This document shows, in pieces, positions 1 to 15,347 of a DNA stretch of 64,000 bases. Below the pieces are notes generated by a model. The model saw only the letters and a program-made list of their open reading frames with translations, ran no database searches and had not been told where the DNA came from. The translations under genes were made by a program, and so were the position numbers. Origin of the DNA: Eledone cirrhosa. Its lineage: Eukaryota. Location of the stretch: assembly GCA_964016885.1 (NCBI GenBank), contig OZ024749.1, forward strand, positions 49,724,001 to 49,788,000. The letters are read 5' to 3'. Every line of letters begins with the position of its first letter. The first letter of the stretch is position 1.

Positions 1-175
1 TAAAACATACATTTATGTTTTAAGAGTGTTCTAGATAAAAAGGCTAGCTATGCGTAACATATAGGCCAAAAGAGGAATGAGGTAATATAATCGAGAAAGT
101 GAAACCAAAATACAATAACATTAATATGGAATACACATAAGATAATATTCATTACAATACATATCTATCTATTTA

Positions 176-235
<60 letters not shown>

Positions 236-680
236 CATGTGCGTGTTTGATTTTGTGTGTATGTGTGTATGTATAATAGGTATATAGAGATCATTACTCT
301 TATTGTTTTACTAGATTCCATTCACGAAATTACCTAATGGATATGGGGTAATGCTGCTCCTAATAGAATATCCATTGCTGAAACCACTTTCTAATCTTGA
401 AGATTCGATGAAGGTTTCTCTCAACCAAATTATATATTACTCCGAACCCATTTAATAGATTAAATATCTTTGCAAACATCAATATGTTTAATACATTAAA
501 TTAAATTAAATTTATTGCGTGTTGGCTACATATTCCATCCTATCGGTAAAATATCTGATCAGCGTCTCACATGAAATAATTAAAACTTAGAATTTTGGGA
601 AACTGCAGAAATATGTCTAGTCAGAAAGACAAGAATTCATAGTAGAATCGACCAATTCTTTTATTACAAGGAAAAATTGA

Positions 681-858
681 AGCGGTGTATTGGCAGTATC
701 GTTTGAGCGACTAAAAACATACCCATTTACTATCTGATTTCAAATCCTGCCGAAGTCAGCTTTGCTTTCGATCCTTACGATGTCGATAACATAAAGTAGC
801 TGTAATGCACTTTAGTCGTTCTAATTGATTTTCCCTTTTCATAAAAAATGGTGGCGTT
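681..858 (+). mobile_element. SINE copy (diverged)
   Basis: Matches the family core TGGCAGTATCG...TTCAAATCC.GCCGA.GT...GTCGATAA.ATAAAGTA. Confidence 0.75.
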
Positions 859-861
859 GAA

Positions 862-940
862 AGTACTTTATGTTATCGACCTCGTAAGGATGAGTGGGAT
901 AGCAAAACTCGGCGGGATTTGAAATCAGAACGTAAAACGG
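862..940 (-). mobile_element. SINE fragment
   Basis: GTACTTTA..TATCGACC.CGTAAGGATGA...CTCGGCGGGATTTGAA.TCAGA. Confidence 0.75.
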
Positions 941-1113
941 TCTAATTCTATACTACAAAGCTTGTTGTCCGAAACTCTACTGATAGAGTCAATAATAATA
1001 GTGGTGATGATGTTGATGATGATGATCTCCATATATAACACTTGAAAATGTCTAGCGAAATATACCAAGAGACAGAATAAAAATTAAAGAGAATCCTGTT
1101 AGGCATATAAATA

Positions 1114-1180
<67 letters not shown>

Positions 1181-2424
1181 ATATATGCATATATTTGCTT
1201 ATATATTTATACATACATTAATACTTATATACATTTTTTTTTACAATTCAGATTTTGATATATTTCGAGTTTATGCCCTAATTATGCGAATAAAAAAATA
1301 TTTCCGAGGAAGATACAAAACAGAAATGAAGTATTACATTGATATATACACATATTCAACATAACATATTTACTTAGACATACAGTAACGAAAATGAAAA
1401 CCAGCTAATATTGCATTTATATATCGGTAATTATACACATGAAATGAAATCCGCTCGTCATATTACGACGTATGCTCATGTATATTTTCTATTCAAGTAT
1501 ATTATTAAGTATGGATTTCCGATATTTAGATTCATATAGATTAATAATAAAAAGAAAATAGAATCAAAGCTCTATGTATATTGATATCTCCACGCAGTAG
1601 TGATGAGACAAATCATAAATGCAAACGTCTAACATCAGTTGAGTTAAAATATACGTAAACTGAAGTTATGCTTATTAATAAATTGAATCAAAGCACACAT
1701 AAGTAAACACGCATACACTTAAACAGAGAACATACACACACACACACACACATAAACACACACACACATAAACACACACACACACATACACATATATATA
1801 TATATTGATATGTACAGATGTTTATATATGAACGTGAGTGTGTGTGAGTGTAAGTGCCTATATATATATGTGTGTGTGTGTATGTGTGTGTGTTTGTGTG
1901 TACAAATGGACATATGTAAATTAACGAATAGAGCTATCTCTGATATAAGAGTTAACTTCTGTTGTTTTATATCATATATACGTTACAGACCAAAAGAAAT
2001 CGTCTTCTGGGAGTATTGGTCAAAATTAATTGCTGTAATCTGCAAGAGCCCTGAACAGAAGCTCGAAAATATAGCAGCCTAAACACTTTTAGATATTCGG
2101 GATATAGTTTCTCAGTCATATTATTTTAATAGGTTTTGTTTGATAACTATTTGTTCTAAATTAATCATGCTATATCGCTACTGTTTAATTCCTTTTCGTA
2201 ATTGATGAAATAGTTATCTTTATTTCAATTACTTAATAACTGAGCAATTATAAGCCAAAATATCGTCTATATATGCATGTATATATATATATATATATAT
2301 ATATACTTAGGGTAAACATTGATGCTATTCAATTCAAGCACTCAACGTACTTTTTCAACATAGGAGTGACGGAGTAAATATCGAATAAGGAAAAGCGAAG
2401 TAGTTTCAGATGTTCATGTCTTTT

Positions 2425-2616
2425 AATAATAATTGTTTCTACATTAGGCACAATGCCAGCAATTACCCAGTGCATTACTGGTACTTTATTTTATCGACCC
2501 CGTAAGGATGAAAGGCAAAGTCAACCTCGGCGGGATTTGAACTCAGATCGTAAAGGGACGTAACTATGCTGGAAAGCATGGCGTCCGACCCTCTACCGTT
2601 ACTGCCAATCCACCGC
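2425..2616 (-). mobile_element. SINE copy
   Basis: Full match to the reverse complement of 36526-36720. Confidence 0.88.
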
Positions 2617-5432
2617 CAATCCACAAGTCTTTTAATAATAATGCTGTGATATAAATTTCAATGGCGACAGTGGTCACACTAGAGATGTATACGCTTATAT
2701 ATATGTGGGGGCGGTGTTTCTTTGTGACCGTATAGCAGAGTGGATACAATAACTTTATCACCAATATAGCTGCAATTAGGGAGGTCATGTGGAGAATATT
2801 TGTTCTAGTTTACTTTGTTGTAGTAGTTGGTGTTGTATTTTTTTTTTTGTGTTTCCGAGTTGATTAGATACAGGTCATTCCTGGTCAACCTGATATATGA
2901 TCAAATAAGTTCTAGATATGACCTTTCCACCTTATATGTGTACACGGCCTACATATTATCTTTGGAGGGCGTAATTTGATAAAGATTTGGCTACAATACG
3001 TTGTCGGGCAATATACCGCATCAATCCCAACCCCATGTTGATTTGTTGTATATTTGATTTATGATCATAATGAAGAGTTGAATAGTGGAAATTATAACTC
3101 ATTGGCTAATTTTCATATGAATATCCTGTATTCAGAAATAACCTATCAATGCGAATATTATTTATTAGAATATTTCATTTTTAGGATAAAACTGAGTAAT
3201 TTGAGAGACACATCAGTGATATGTACACCAGTTCTTTCAACTATTTAAATTCTAAAACGTTATATTCTTTTGAATCATTTATATGTTTGAAATGGGCTTA
3301 TATGGCAGATTTAGACGACTAGCTGTAGGTAAGACTAATACCCCCCCCCCCCCCAAACAGAGTACTTACTTCATATACTAAAAGGAAATGCTTTTTCATT
3401 GATGTTCGAACATCTAGTAGCTGCAGCTCATTATCCCTCAGTCCACAGTCTATTGTCTTAAACAATATGATCATAATTTGCATGAACCAATCCTTGATAT
3501 AGAAGGAAGTACATGAAAATTGTATATTATGTAATATCTCTCCTGAATCAGAGAATTTACAATAACCTCATTGAATTACTTTCTAGATATGAAGCTTCTG
3601 CATGCCGTTAATATGCGAAAAGGCTTATATATTTGCTTTCCGGTTGTAATCTTCCCCTATATATTAATATATTTCAATACAATATTTCCTTTTTTTTCTT
3701 CTACAATCGACATTACACCAGAAATGCACATTCTTTAGAAAGAAATCCATTTATAAGGCTCTAACTAGGCGCAACAATGCTGGGCATTTATCCATCAAAC
3801 CTTTTTCTCTGACCTCCTATTGAGTAATATATTCTTATATTTGGAAGCATTCCATATCTTGTTCCATTCTCAAGAACGGTAAGCCCAGGTACATTGAAAA
3901 GTACGTAATTCCATTTTCAACAACCTACCATTAATCCTGACATTCATTAACAAACTCATTCTAGAGTAAGTTGGAATTTCATCCCATTCCAATGGTGACG
4001 AATACATCGTTTGTAAAGATATCTCTATTGGATTCATATATTCTGGATGCTTTGCCAACAATAGCCAACCCCATTTCCGTCTCTCGTCAACCACACAGTA
4101 GCTACCAATTAGGACCTGCACTGGACACCAATACATGGCTCCCACCAAAAATAATTGTCCGAATGAGAATCAACCCTAGCTACAATTCTCCATAAACCGC
4201 TTTCGTGCAACTCCAAAATAAAGTTAACTGCTTTGAACTAAATGATTTCTGAATAACCACGAAAAGCATTTGCGCAAATCTTTTCTGAAAGGCAAACAAA
4301 TGAAAACTTGAAATAGTGTATAAACCTCACATGTCAAATCAGCTTATTAAACGCCTTCCCGGAATCTCCAGCGGATTAAATATTGACGATGCAGTGCTCC
4401 ATCAGTTTTCTCAGATTTTATATCTTACTGTTTATAATAATGATAATTTTATTTGACGTATAAAAGATTTTATAAAAAGAAAATTGATAATGAAAAGTTG
4501 GAAGATACATGACAAATATTTAAGGGAATATTATTTGCTGAATTATAGTGAAATATCTCCAATTGGGAATTGAAAACACGTCGCGATATCTGTTTGTTGA
4601 CTGCCAATGATATGTAATCGACATGACATGCATAGAAAAATGTTCTCTCAACTCATGGATGAAACTGCCGACGTCTCAATCATGAAGAATGGAAATAAAA
4701 GGTTAGAAAAAAACTATATTATCTGAGTTAACAACATGAAGAAGTAATAATCCTTTCAGCAAACAACATCAACAACAAAATGCAAATAAGTTAAATGAAA
4801 TTTGACACGTAGAAATATTTATAAGTGCCGCATTTAATTTAGCCTCAGAAAACGGAAAACTATTAACAAAAAAGTAAAACAGAATTGAATAAGTTGGGTG
4901 CTATAATGAAGAAACAACAACATATATGAATATACATGTATATTTTAATGTAATTCCATCAATAATAAAAAGAAAACACGAAAAAACAAGAAGCGTACCA
5001 ATATATAAATAATTTCTATATTGAAACTTAGAGAAGCGGAAAACAAAGGATACAAAAATAAACGTGAAGAAGGAAATAAACTAAATTATATAGGATATTA
5101 AAATCTAATTAATTATTTCAGCAATTCCTATCATACATGTCTTAGCAAAGATATCACGTAACTCTCAATAAATGGCAGGCCATTGTCGTTCGATGGATGT
5201 ATAGTGCCATCAATGTATAATTCTAAAGAGAGTGAAAGTGAAAGAGAGAAATTGTATGAATGGGCAGTGCAAGCGTTATCGCTTTTCTAAAAGCTAAACA
5301 TAATCTGTACATTATGTGAGGAATATGAATGCAATACATTGAAAGGCATCAGATTATCTCATTCACACTACATTAGAGTTATTCTACTATTACTATAACT
5401 GCTGCAAGTAAAGTAATAATACCAATGCAGAA

Positions 5433-5469
<37 letters not shown>

Positions 5470-5646
5470 TTTTCTTTATTAACCACAAGGGTTTATATAA
5501 AGTAGACATTAAGGACAGTACAGGACAGTACAGGACGGTACAAATGGGCATTTATGCCTGTAAAAAAAACAACAAAACAATAATAATAATATTACTAATA
5601 ATAATAATATAAAGAAGAAGGAAAACAAGAAGATGGTAATCGTAGC

Positions 5647-5680
<34 letters not shown>

Positions 5681-5899
5681 ACGTTGATATTGAGAAGAGC
5701 ACCAGCAACAATATCACTGATATATACAGGATGACTGATATTATGTTTTATGTTCATCTCCCTGGTGGCGGTAGTGTTATAGCTATTGTTTTATTTATCT
5801 TGATGGCGTTGATTCTTCTGCTTCTTCTTTTTCTTCTTCTTCCTCCATATTATTGTTGTTGTAGTTGTTATTATTTGTGTCAAATAAAAAGAAAAACTC

Positions 5900-5954
<55 letters not shown>

Positions 5955-5955
5955 G
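5433..5955. repeat. Cluster of trinucleotide microsatellites (AAT, TAG, CTT, TTA)
   Basis: Direct reading. Confidence 0.9.
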
Positions 5956-8004
5956 TTAGCATTTAAATATGTTATTAGGCACACGAGTCGAAGAGTGACA
6001 AGATGTTTTATAATTAAAATTAAAAACAAAATAACACATGCGGATCCTGCTCTGATTTCCACCGACTATCAAGAGTCTCGTTAATAAATAGATAAAAAAA
6101 TAATGTCACAGAAGACAAAATATCTATAAGGAATGCCTATTTAAATTAGCAATTGATACCAAATGTGTCAATAAGAGGCACCCCTTATGCATCAATGCTT
6201 TACACTAAAATACACAATGAAACGGACTCCTAAAACATCTTCCAGCCAATCTCCAGTAACATTATAATACTTCGCTCAATTAGACACATCAATTTCCCAC
6301 TTTTACAGGCATTTCATAAGGTTTATGGGAATAATGCGCAAATTGATTACTGTGTTCTTTCGTCTCCCACCATATCTACTACTGGTTGCTATTAGGCCAT
6401 GGCTGAAGAAGAAACCTACCAACATTAACCGTTTCAAATTCATTCATCCATGCAATCTATTAGCAATGTATACAATCGAAGTTCGTTCGACCTTATTATT
6501 ACTAATATATTTTTCGGGGTCTGTTTGAGCTAATACGCTTATCGTTTGTAGCATATTAACACCAAAATAATGAGTTTTCTGTAAAAATGATACAGGAAAC
6601 ACATGCTAAACACTAATTCATGACATGAAAGCAAACAGAATTTACACAAGGCAAACAATTCTAGCCTGCTTATCATTTCATCGTACGCTGTTGTTACATA
6701 TCCTTGGGCAAGAGTTTCAAACACAAATTTTGACGTCTGTTATTTCCTCGGTCTCATCAGTTGTGCCATGTTTCAATGTCTCAATAATGTATTTGCATCT
6801 GATGATGGGCAGTGTTTGTTTTGCTATCATGGTTTATCCCGGTTTCCTTTGTAATCTGTGGTAAACCTTTTTTGTGTGGAATATTATAATAAGGAATAAC
6901 GTTGTTTCTCAAAATGTGTATCATATTCTTTATTTTAGGCCGAAGCGATTATTCCATTCGATGTGTCGATATTCAGGTAGCTTGTTGTCTGGAGAGTAAT
7001 TTAATACAAAACATAATTATGTTTATTTACACCTTCAAACAGATATTTATTCCTCTTTAGTTTGTGGTACCACTTTCACGGATTCTAGTTTATTGATTTT
7101 GCAGTATTCTGTTTCTTTTGATATGTTTCCTTATTGATTCAATTAATTCCTCCTTAATATCAATTGTATTATATGTCTCCTTATCTGTCTTTTTTGTTCA
7201 ATTTCCTGTTAGGCCTGAGTTTCCAAGTATATGTTTGTGACAGTATATTTCGTAGCTTTTTGTTTTCTCAAGTTTTCTAGATCATCATAAGTTAGCTCTT
7301 TCATTTCTCTGCGAATACATTTTATTTTATTACAGTCATATTTTTCATGTGTGATGAATTCTATAGCATATAATCTTCGGTTTGTTTCTTAAATATTGTA
7401 TGTGTCCTTGCCTCTGGTTTGTTATCTCCTGTAATCTAAGACATCTCATGAATTTTTGAACTTCCTCTATAGTTGTTCCGTAATGAGTTATTTTATGTAA
7501 GATGTGTTTTTTTTTATATGAATATGCTTTCTAAAAATTATTTGTCTTGAATCTTCACGATCCACATATTTCTTTAAAAGTGTACATATGCTTGTGTGGT
7601 TTCCCTAGTAATGGAATTCGTATTAATGCACAGTAAAAATAATGTAGAAATTCGGAAGAGTAAACAATCCCCTACAGGTATGTCTTGCATAACTAATGAC
7701 TTAATATATATTCAATAATTTATAGGTCCAGGAATATGATGGATTATAAGTGGAAAGTGTAGTCGATTTAGCTGGTAAGAGTGGACTACAGGCACTTTTT
7801 TACTTACTGGGAGGATTGTTGACTATGGTATGTTAGAATATAAATTTATTTTCAACAAGTTTTGTAGAACCTGAATGGTAAAACATTATGTTGTCAAAGT
7901 CGTGGCCTCTCGGAATGTAATATTTTATGAGAAATAAAGGCAATTTAAATGAAAGAAGAAATCCGATGGACCTAAAATTATCATATATTTGAAATTTATT
8001 TAAT

Positions 8005-8180
8005 GGTTTCTTATATAGGCACACTGCCAGCAATTTTGGGGTAGGGGAAAATCGATTAAATCCACCCAGTGCGTGACATGTACTTTATTGTATCGACCCC
8101 ATAAGGATGAAAGGCAAAGTTAACCTCGGCAGGATTTGAACCCAGATCATAAAGAGCCGTAACTCTACCGATGCTGCCAA
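8005..8180 (-). mobile_element. SINE copy
   Basis: Family core ATCGACCCC.TAAGGATGAAAGGCAAAGTTAACCTCGGC. Confidence 0.85.
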
Positions 8181-8270
8181 GAAAATTATACAATGCAGAG
8201 AAAACACACACAGGTTCGCACATGAACACATACACACATACACACACACGCAAACCCACCCCCATACACC

Positions 8271-8328
<58 letters not shown>

Positions 8329-9012
8329 CATATAAATATATATTCTTTACTAACTCCCCCCCCCCGACCTTAGTTACATACATACATACCTTATACTTAC
8401 ATAATACATACATACAAACATACATATATAAATTGACACATAAACATCGATGTCTAAGTAAATAAATAGAATACAAATGATGGCGGATATCTATGAACCA
8501 TTGCAGAATAAGTTGAAGATCATATACACGTTTAATTTCATACTTAATTTTATTGGATCGAGAGAATATATACCAAAACCCCACGACACAAGGCTGGGTC
8601 TAAAATTGGAGTTCTAAGAAACGATTGTAAAACATTAATTTATGATCTAAATGTTAACACAATATACGGGAATTTCAAAATCTGTAAAATATTCTTTTGA
8701 TTTAGTCATTTAAAATCCTACACAGATTTCAATATATGAGTTCTTTCGAAATGTACAAACGATATACCAGAGTACTTGTAGAAACAACCCCCTTATGAGC
8801 AACAGCGATAATACGAAATACATCAGTGTTTTGGGGTTTTTTTGCTACTACAATTTATATGTTAAAACTTACTGTTGTCTTCAATACTACAATACATGAA
8901 GTATACTATTTTTATTGAACTTTTCTACTCAATCCACTTGTAAACACACACATACCACACACAAATACACCCATCTGTTCTAACTTATCAAACACTCACA
9001 AACACACTCACC

Positions 9013-9053
<41 letters not shown>

Positions 9054-9681
9054 ACGCATACACGCACACACACACATACACACACATTCACATCATACAA
9101 AAACGTGGTAACACAATGTCACGAAATATATTTAGTCATCTAGGCTAAAATCATAAAAATACACCAATGAAGTAGATATGAGAATCAAAACAAGAATGCA
9201 AAATGTATTATTTATTTTTATATAGCTTTTTATTTAGTTGATCAGTGAGAATTCAAAAGATTATTTAAAGAAAATGTGCTCTTCATATCAATGATGAGAT
9301 ATTTGACCTCTGTGGCTACAACAGCAATCTTATATCGTTAATAAACATTTTCTTTTCTTTTGCACAGCACAGTGAATAGATGCTTAACATAAGTTGTTTT
9401 ATCGATGTTACTCAAGAGTTAAAATCATACGCTATAAAAATATATGTTCCATTAGACAACCAGCAGTGCTTTATTTTAATGTGTTTTTCACTCTATTTCT
9501 TTCTCTACCTATCTATTGATCGATCCATCTATTCATCAGTATTTCAAAAATGTCATATATATATATATATATATACACCATATATATATATATATATATA
9601 TATATACCATATATATATATATATATACAGACACACACGTTTCTCTCTCTCCCCATCTCTCAGTCTCTCTCCCTCTCTCTC

Positions 9682-9712
<31 letters not shown>

Positions 9713-9932
9713 CGCCCGCTCTCCCTCTATCTATCTATCTATGTATATATATATATATATATATATAAATATTATCTGATAGATTATATAAATATTATAT
9801 AAATATTATAAACATTGTAGAGTGCTTCAACACACAAAGAAAATATTGCGAAAATTGCGTTCGTCATATTAACAACAAACAATACAAAATATACACCAAT
9901 ACAGTCATTTATGAATAGAATGCATAAAAGTG

Positions 9933-10105
9933 GATCGGCAGTATAGGCTTCGCGGCATAGAGTCACGGCCCTTTACGCTCTGAGTTTAAAAGCTGGCGAA
10001 GCACCAGTAATGAACTGGAGTCGATTTACTCGATTTTCTCTACACCCCCACCCCCAAAAATACAAACAATTGCTGGCCTTGTGCCTAAATCAGAAAAAAT
10101 TATTA
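9933..10105 (+). mobile_element. SINE copy, internally deleted
   Basis: GGATCGGCAGTAT...TCTGAGTTTAAA...GTCGATTTA...TTGCTGGCCTTGTGCCTAAA. Confidence 0.65.
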
Positions 10106-10772
10106 CTATTATAATGGTTATTATTAAATTTTACTTTCATCCCTAAGGTTTCGATAGCATAAAGCAAAAGTGATGCATCTAATTTCACATTTCCCCAGAT
10201 TGCTGACAAACGCGTGGTGGTGATACACACTGTACTAGTAGTTCTAGTTGTAGCAGTATTGATATTAAACATGGTGTGTATGGTTCTATTTCTGTTATTA
10301 ATGACGGCAAAATTCAATTGTTCTTATTAGGTTTTTCTTGAATAGCTTCTTCCAATTCTTTCACTATGTCTAAGAAATCGGAAAAAAAAGATGGTATTCT
10401 GTGTTTGACCTCAATATCATTTATCAGATGTACTTCTATGTGCCTTTGTATATATTCAAGATACTTATCACAATTTTTTTTTCCAGAATTCTTAAGCTAT
10501 AATAAATATTTCTACACTTTCTTTAATTTAATGCTTTTTTAAATCGATTTAAATCATTATATATTCACCATTTATTTTATATCGGAAATGGAGAACATTA
10601 ATGTAGTTGCTCAAATCTTTACATCACACCAATCACTGGTTCATTGCATTTCCAACGATGATAGGATCAAAGAACTGTCTATGTAACTAGAAACAGAACA
10701 AACATCATAACATTCTTCGTGCGAAAAGCACAGACATAATAGTTGTCTTGATTATGCAGGTATCGCTTGACG

Positions 10773-10835
<63 letters not shown>

Positions 10836-11294
10836 CTGTGTAACGTATGGAGTTATACACCGTCATTCAGAAGTAAATATATAAAAATAACGTGTATATA
10901 TGTGTGTGTATGCCTGTGTACGTTTGTGTGTGAAGTTTCACGGTTCAAAAGAGATTATTCATTTAATACATTTGTAGCATTGTCAAGTATTGTTTAAGAT
11001 AATACAGCTGTACATTCATGCACATCATGCAAATTAGACATGCAGTTTTTCTCTTATTTACGACATATTGCTTCCTATAGCAACATTCCTCCATACACTT
11101 AAATATAGAGTTGTATATTGTCTAATGAGGGGACAATATCTCCAAAATACAGACTTCTGTATAATCTATTATATCGTCCTCTGTTAGGGGAAGGTTTGAA
11201 ATATTTGCACATCAGTGTCGTTTTTCATTGGTGATCATATCAATAAAAAACAAATCTCTAATATGTATCCCAAGGTTAAGACTCTCTCTCTCTA

Positions 11295-11417
<123 letters not shown>

Positions 11418-11542
11418 TGAGAAATGAAATTTCGTTTCATTTTATTCCATTTATATATTTATATATATATATATATAGAATAAGGAAAAGCGAAGTAGTT
11501 TCAGATGTTCAAGTCCCTTAATAATAATGGTGTGTTTACCCT

Positions 11543-11576
<34 letters not shown>

Positions 11577-12101
11577 GGAATAAAATGAAACGAAATTTCA
11601 TTTCTCAATTTTAGTACGGCACTTACTTAAATGTAAGTATATATGTATGTATAGGTACATATTTGTATACAGACGTACAGTATTATGTATATATATACAT
11701 ACATGCACACACATATATATATGCACGTATCGGTTTACCGAACATTTATTATAATGATCGGTTTGTTTGTTTGTAAACAAACAAACAGTCCGAATTACGC
11801 CGTAGGATATCTTGTAACAATGGATTTTATACAAAAAAATATGACGAGTATATATGTCTTAATGTGAGATATAACTTGGAATGACATTTTCAAAACGACT
11901 AAGGAAATCAAACATGATATTCGCTTTCATACGTCCACACAGACATTTTTATGAAAATTTCCAGAATCATCGGGGATATTTCGACGAAGACTTTAATTGT
12001 TTTTTTAACATTATCTTAAAGTGTTATCTTGAAGGTTTACTCGTGTACTCTGGTAGGTTATAATCCAGCTTGTCTTTTACGACACCATTTCTATCTATCT
12101 A

Positions 12102-12162
<61 letters not shown>

Positions 12163-12785
12163 TTATTTATATGCGCGTGCGTGTGTGTGTTTGATGTGTG
12201 TGTGAGCCTCTCTGTGCATATACAGGTGTGTATGTAATAGTACATATGTGTATGTGTTTAAATATAATATAGGATTGACATATTTATTACTTGTGAAATG
12301 TGCATGTTACTTTTGTTAATATGAAATTAATTAGGCATGTTTCTATAAATTCTTTTGAATGGTTTTACAATTAAGCTATAATATAGATGATGATTATTAT
12401 GTTATAATTTGCCTTAAGGAAATTATATTAGATGTCAAATCAATATTATCAAATAAAGAAATTATAATAACATTATATTCAGGGTTGATTACATAAAATT
12501 GTATTAGAGTATGACAATTGTATACAATGAGAGATTGTATAGCGCATCATATAAGGATTCAGCACTATCTAATAATGTCACATTCCTATAACATGACAAT
12601 TACTGTTTTCTCTTTGACATAACCTTACATTCTTCGGCGATTTAAATATGTTAAATATGTTAAATTATATAACGAAAAAAATAAAAGCAAAATCAATTGA
12701 AATAAAGGAAGGTATTACAATTCTAAAGAAGTTTTCGATGGCAGCAATTTAAATTAGATTCTACATTGCGTGTATCCATCTATGC

Positions 12786-12917
<132 letters not shown>

Positions 12918-13682
12918 GTGTGTGTGTGTGTGTGTGAGTGATTCACTGAATATGATGTTATAAGAATAAGTGTGGTATTTTCAGGGGAGTGCTTGAGAAA
13001 TGATTATTAATCTGAGAGGCCATGTTAACACGTGTCATTTTCAAGATAATTCGTGTAATAAATAAGGATAGATAGGAGATATTTGTCGTTCGAGTTCCAA
13101 ACGTTTTTCGCTAGAACCGTAGTTGTGTTCATTCCAGAGTGTATGAAGGACAACGCCTATATGTAAAACCTTATCAGTTCCTGCTCACATCTTATATTTT
13201 ATTCTCTAATATAATGTTGGCTTACTCTAACGGCTCTTTTACATAGGTAATATATTTTATCATGCGAGAGTATACTCGTTTCTTTCACGACGTTTGTATA
13301 TTCTGCAGGTCTCATCATATTAAAGGAAGGGCCACATATTATACCAGCACTTACAAATTTATCTATTGAAGCTTCTAGTATATCACTAATCGTCTGTTGT
13401 TATGAAATAGTATCTACAAAACATAGATTTACATATGGCTTACACATGTTTTACAACAAACCAATGCTTTCTAGTATCTCAAGCAAACATAATCCATAAA
13501 CCTATGTTCGACCTCACTTATCATACACATCCCACACAAAACATAAACAAAATATTAAAATTATACTCTAGTCCTCCTCGAGAAATAACAAGGAAAATGC
13601 ACCAATAACTAGTAAGAGAGTGTCGGATGTCATCGTACTGCAGCATCCGTAGTTCATAGCTTCAATGTCTCTCGCCTCTCTC

Positions 13683-13744
<62 letters not shown>

Positions 13745-14177
13745 GAGAGAGAGAGAGAGAGAGTGAGAGATAGAGAGATGGTGGAAGAAGGGATAAGGAG
13801 TAAAAGAGTGTGAGAGGGCTTGTGGCAGGGAAAGAAGTGTGAGAGAGAATTGTTTCTCAGATATAGGCAATGTATTGGTATCTTTTCTAAAGCATTTCCG
13901 CCGATATATCTAAATGGTGTGTCAGTAAAAACTATTGATCAATTCTGGTGTAGAGTAAAGATTTCACCTAGAAATTCTAAAGACTGCTCTATATGCCCAT
14001 AGAAATACAATGTATTTTTTCTCGGCTGTTCCTTTCTAGCTTTACAAGAACTATTATGTATTGATAAATGAATAGCGTTCATTATGGCATTCAAACATAT
14101 CTGTTATCATCCACATTGCCTATACAAATTCGTTCATATTCTCAGAAAAGTTCAAACGCAAAATGTTGACACACACT

Positions 14178-14275
<98 letters not shown>

Positions 14276-14300
14276 CTCTCTCTCTCTCTCATACACGCAC

Positions 14301-14370
<70 letters not shown>

Positions 14371-14570
14371 TTGTGGGTGGGTGTGTGTGTGTGCCTGCGT
14401 TGGTTAGTTAGTATGTATAATTATTTAGGACAAGGCAAATGCAAATTGACCTTATAGCGTTGGTGAGAGAGGGCAACCTATGGAAGTTGTGGATTTCGGA
14501 ATGGTATAAAGAGAAAAGAGTACACAGCTAAATGCATGGTTATAAAACCATTTATAAATCTACAATCTGG

Positions 14571-14648
<78 letters not shown>

Positions 14649-14650
14649 GA

Positions 14651-14767
14651 AGTGAACAAGGCAACATGTAACTACTCTATTACCAAACGTTTCTGGATCC
14701 CAGACAACATTAATATATATCTGGATCGGTCATCAGCCAGATGGAGTAGTTATATTTTGTGTTCACT
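14651..14767 (-). ncRNA. Degenerate type I hammerhead motif with extended distal stem I
   Basis: CUGAUGA-(CC GAUCC..GGAUC CA)-GAAACGUU core (plus 14686-14736). Distal helices UAACUACUC/GAGUAGUUA and AGUGAACA/UGUUCACU pair; the proximal stem I does not. Confidence 0.55.
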
Positions 14768-14945
14768 TTCAAATTAAATAGCTCTGTTCTATCCATAGAC
14801 CACTCTATTTTCCTTTGCTTTTCCTTCGGAATTACCTATGTGTGTGTGTGCGTGTGTGTGTTTATGTGTGCGTGTGGGTGTGTGGTGTGTGCTTGCCTCT
14901 GTAACGATTCAAACATATAGTAATATATGCTAACTATCATACACA

Positions 14946-15043
<98 letters not shown>

Positions 15044-15347
15044 GAGAAAGTGAGAGAGAGCGAGAGAGAGAGAGTATACAGAGCTGACACCGAGGAGACT
15101 GCTATTCTCGTGGGAGTACACAATGCATGGGACGAAGAAGAGCTCATATGGAGATACGTTTAATCCCATCTGCCCGCCAAGCTTGTGTGATTAACGAGTC
15201 TATTCAAAACTTGCTGTAAAACACACAAGCCGAAACGATTTGCCAAAGCCGACGGAATTTTACATGTCTTTCTATATATAGTTATATGTGTGTATGTATC
15301 GATCTGTATGTGAGTGTATATTTACGCATTTGTCAGTATACACACAC

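Noticed and set aside
400-450. TCGATGA-AGGTT..AACC-AAATTATATA resembling a minimal hammerhead
   Set aside because: Core mutated at several positions and no stem I
3870-4200. Possible ancient RT motif B (EYIVCKDISIGFIYSGCFANN) on the plus strand
   Set aside because: No catalytic DD motif or other motifs recoverable by eye; needs a profile search
6398-6452. Hammerhead-like CAUGG-CUGAAGA-A GAAAC..GUUUC...CCAUG
   Set aside because: Stems I and II pair but the GAAA and UH elements are missing; at most a decayed relic, so not counted
6539-7450. Possible very old minus-strand retroelement ORF remnant
   Set aside because: Only vague resemblance; many stops and no diagnostic motif
15126-15170. ATGGGA-CGAAGA...GATACGTT..TCCCAT hammerhead-like string near the PLE end
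   Set aside because: Core incomplete, and it is on the strand opposite to the RT
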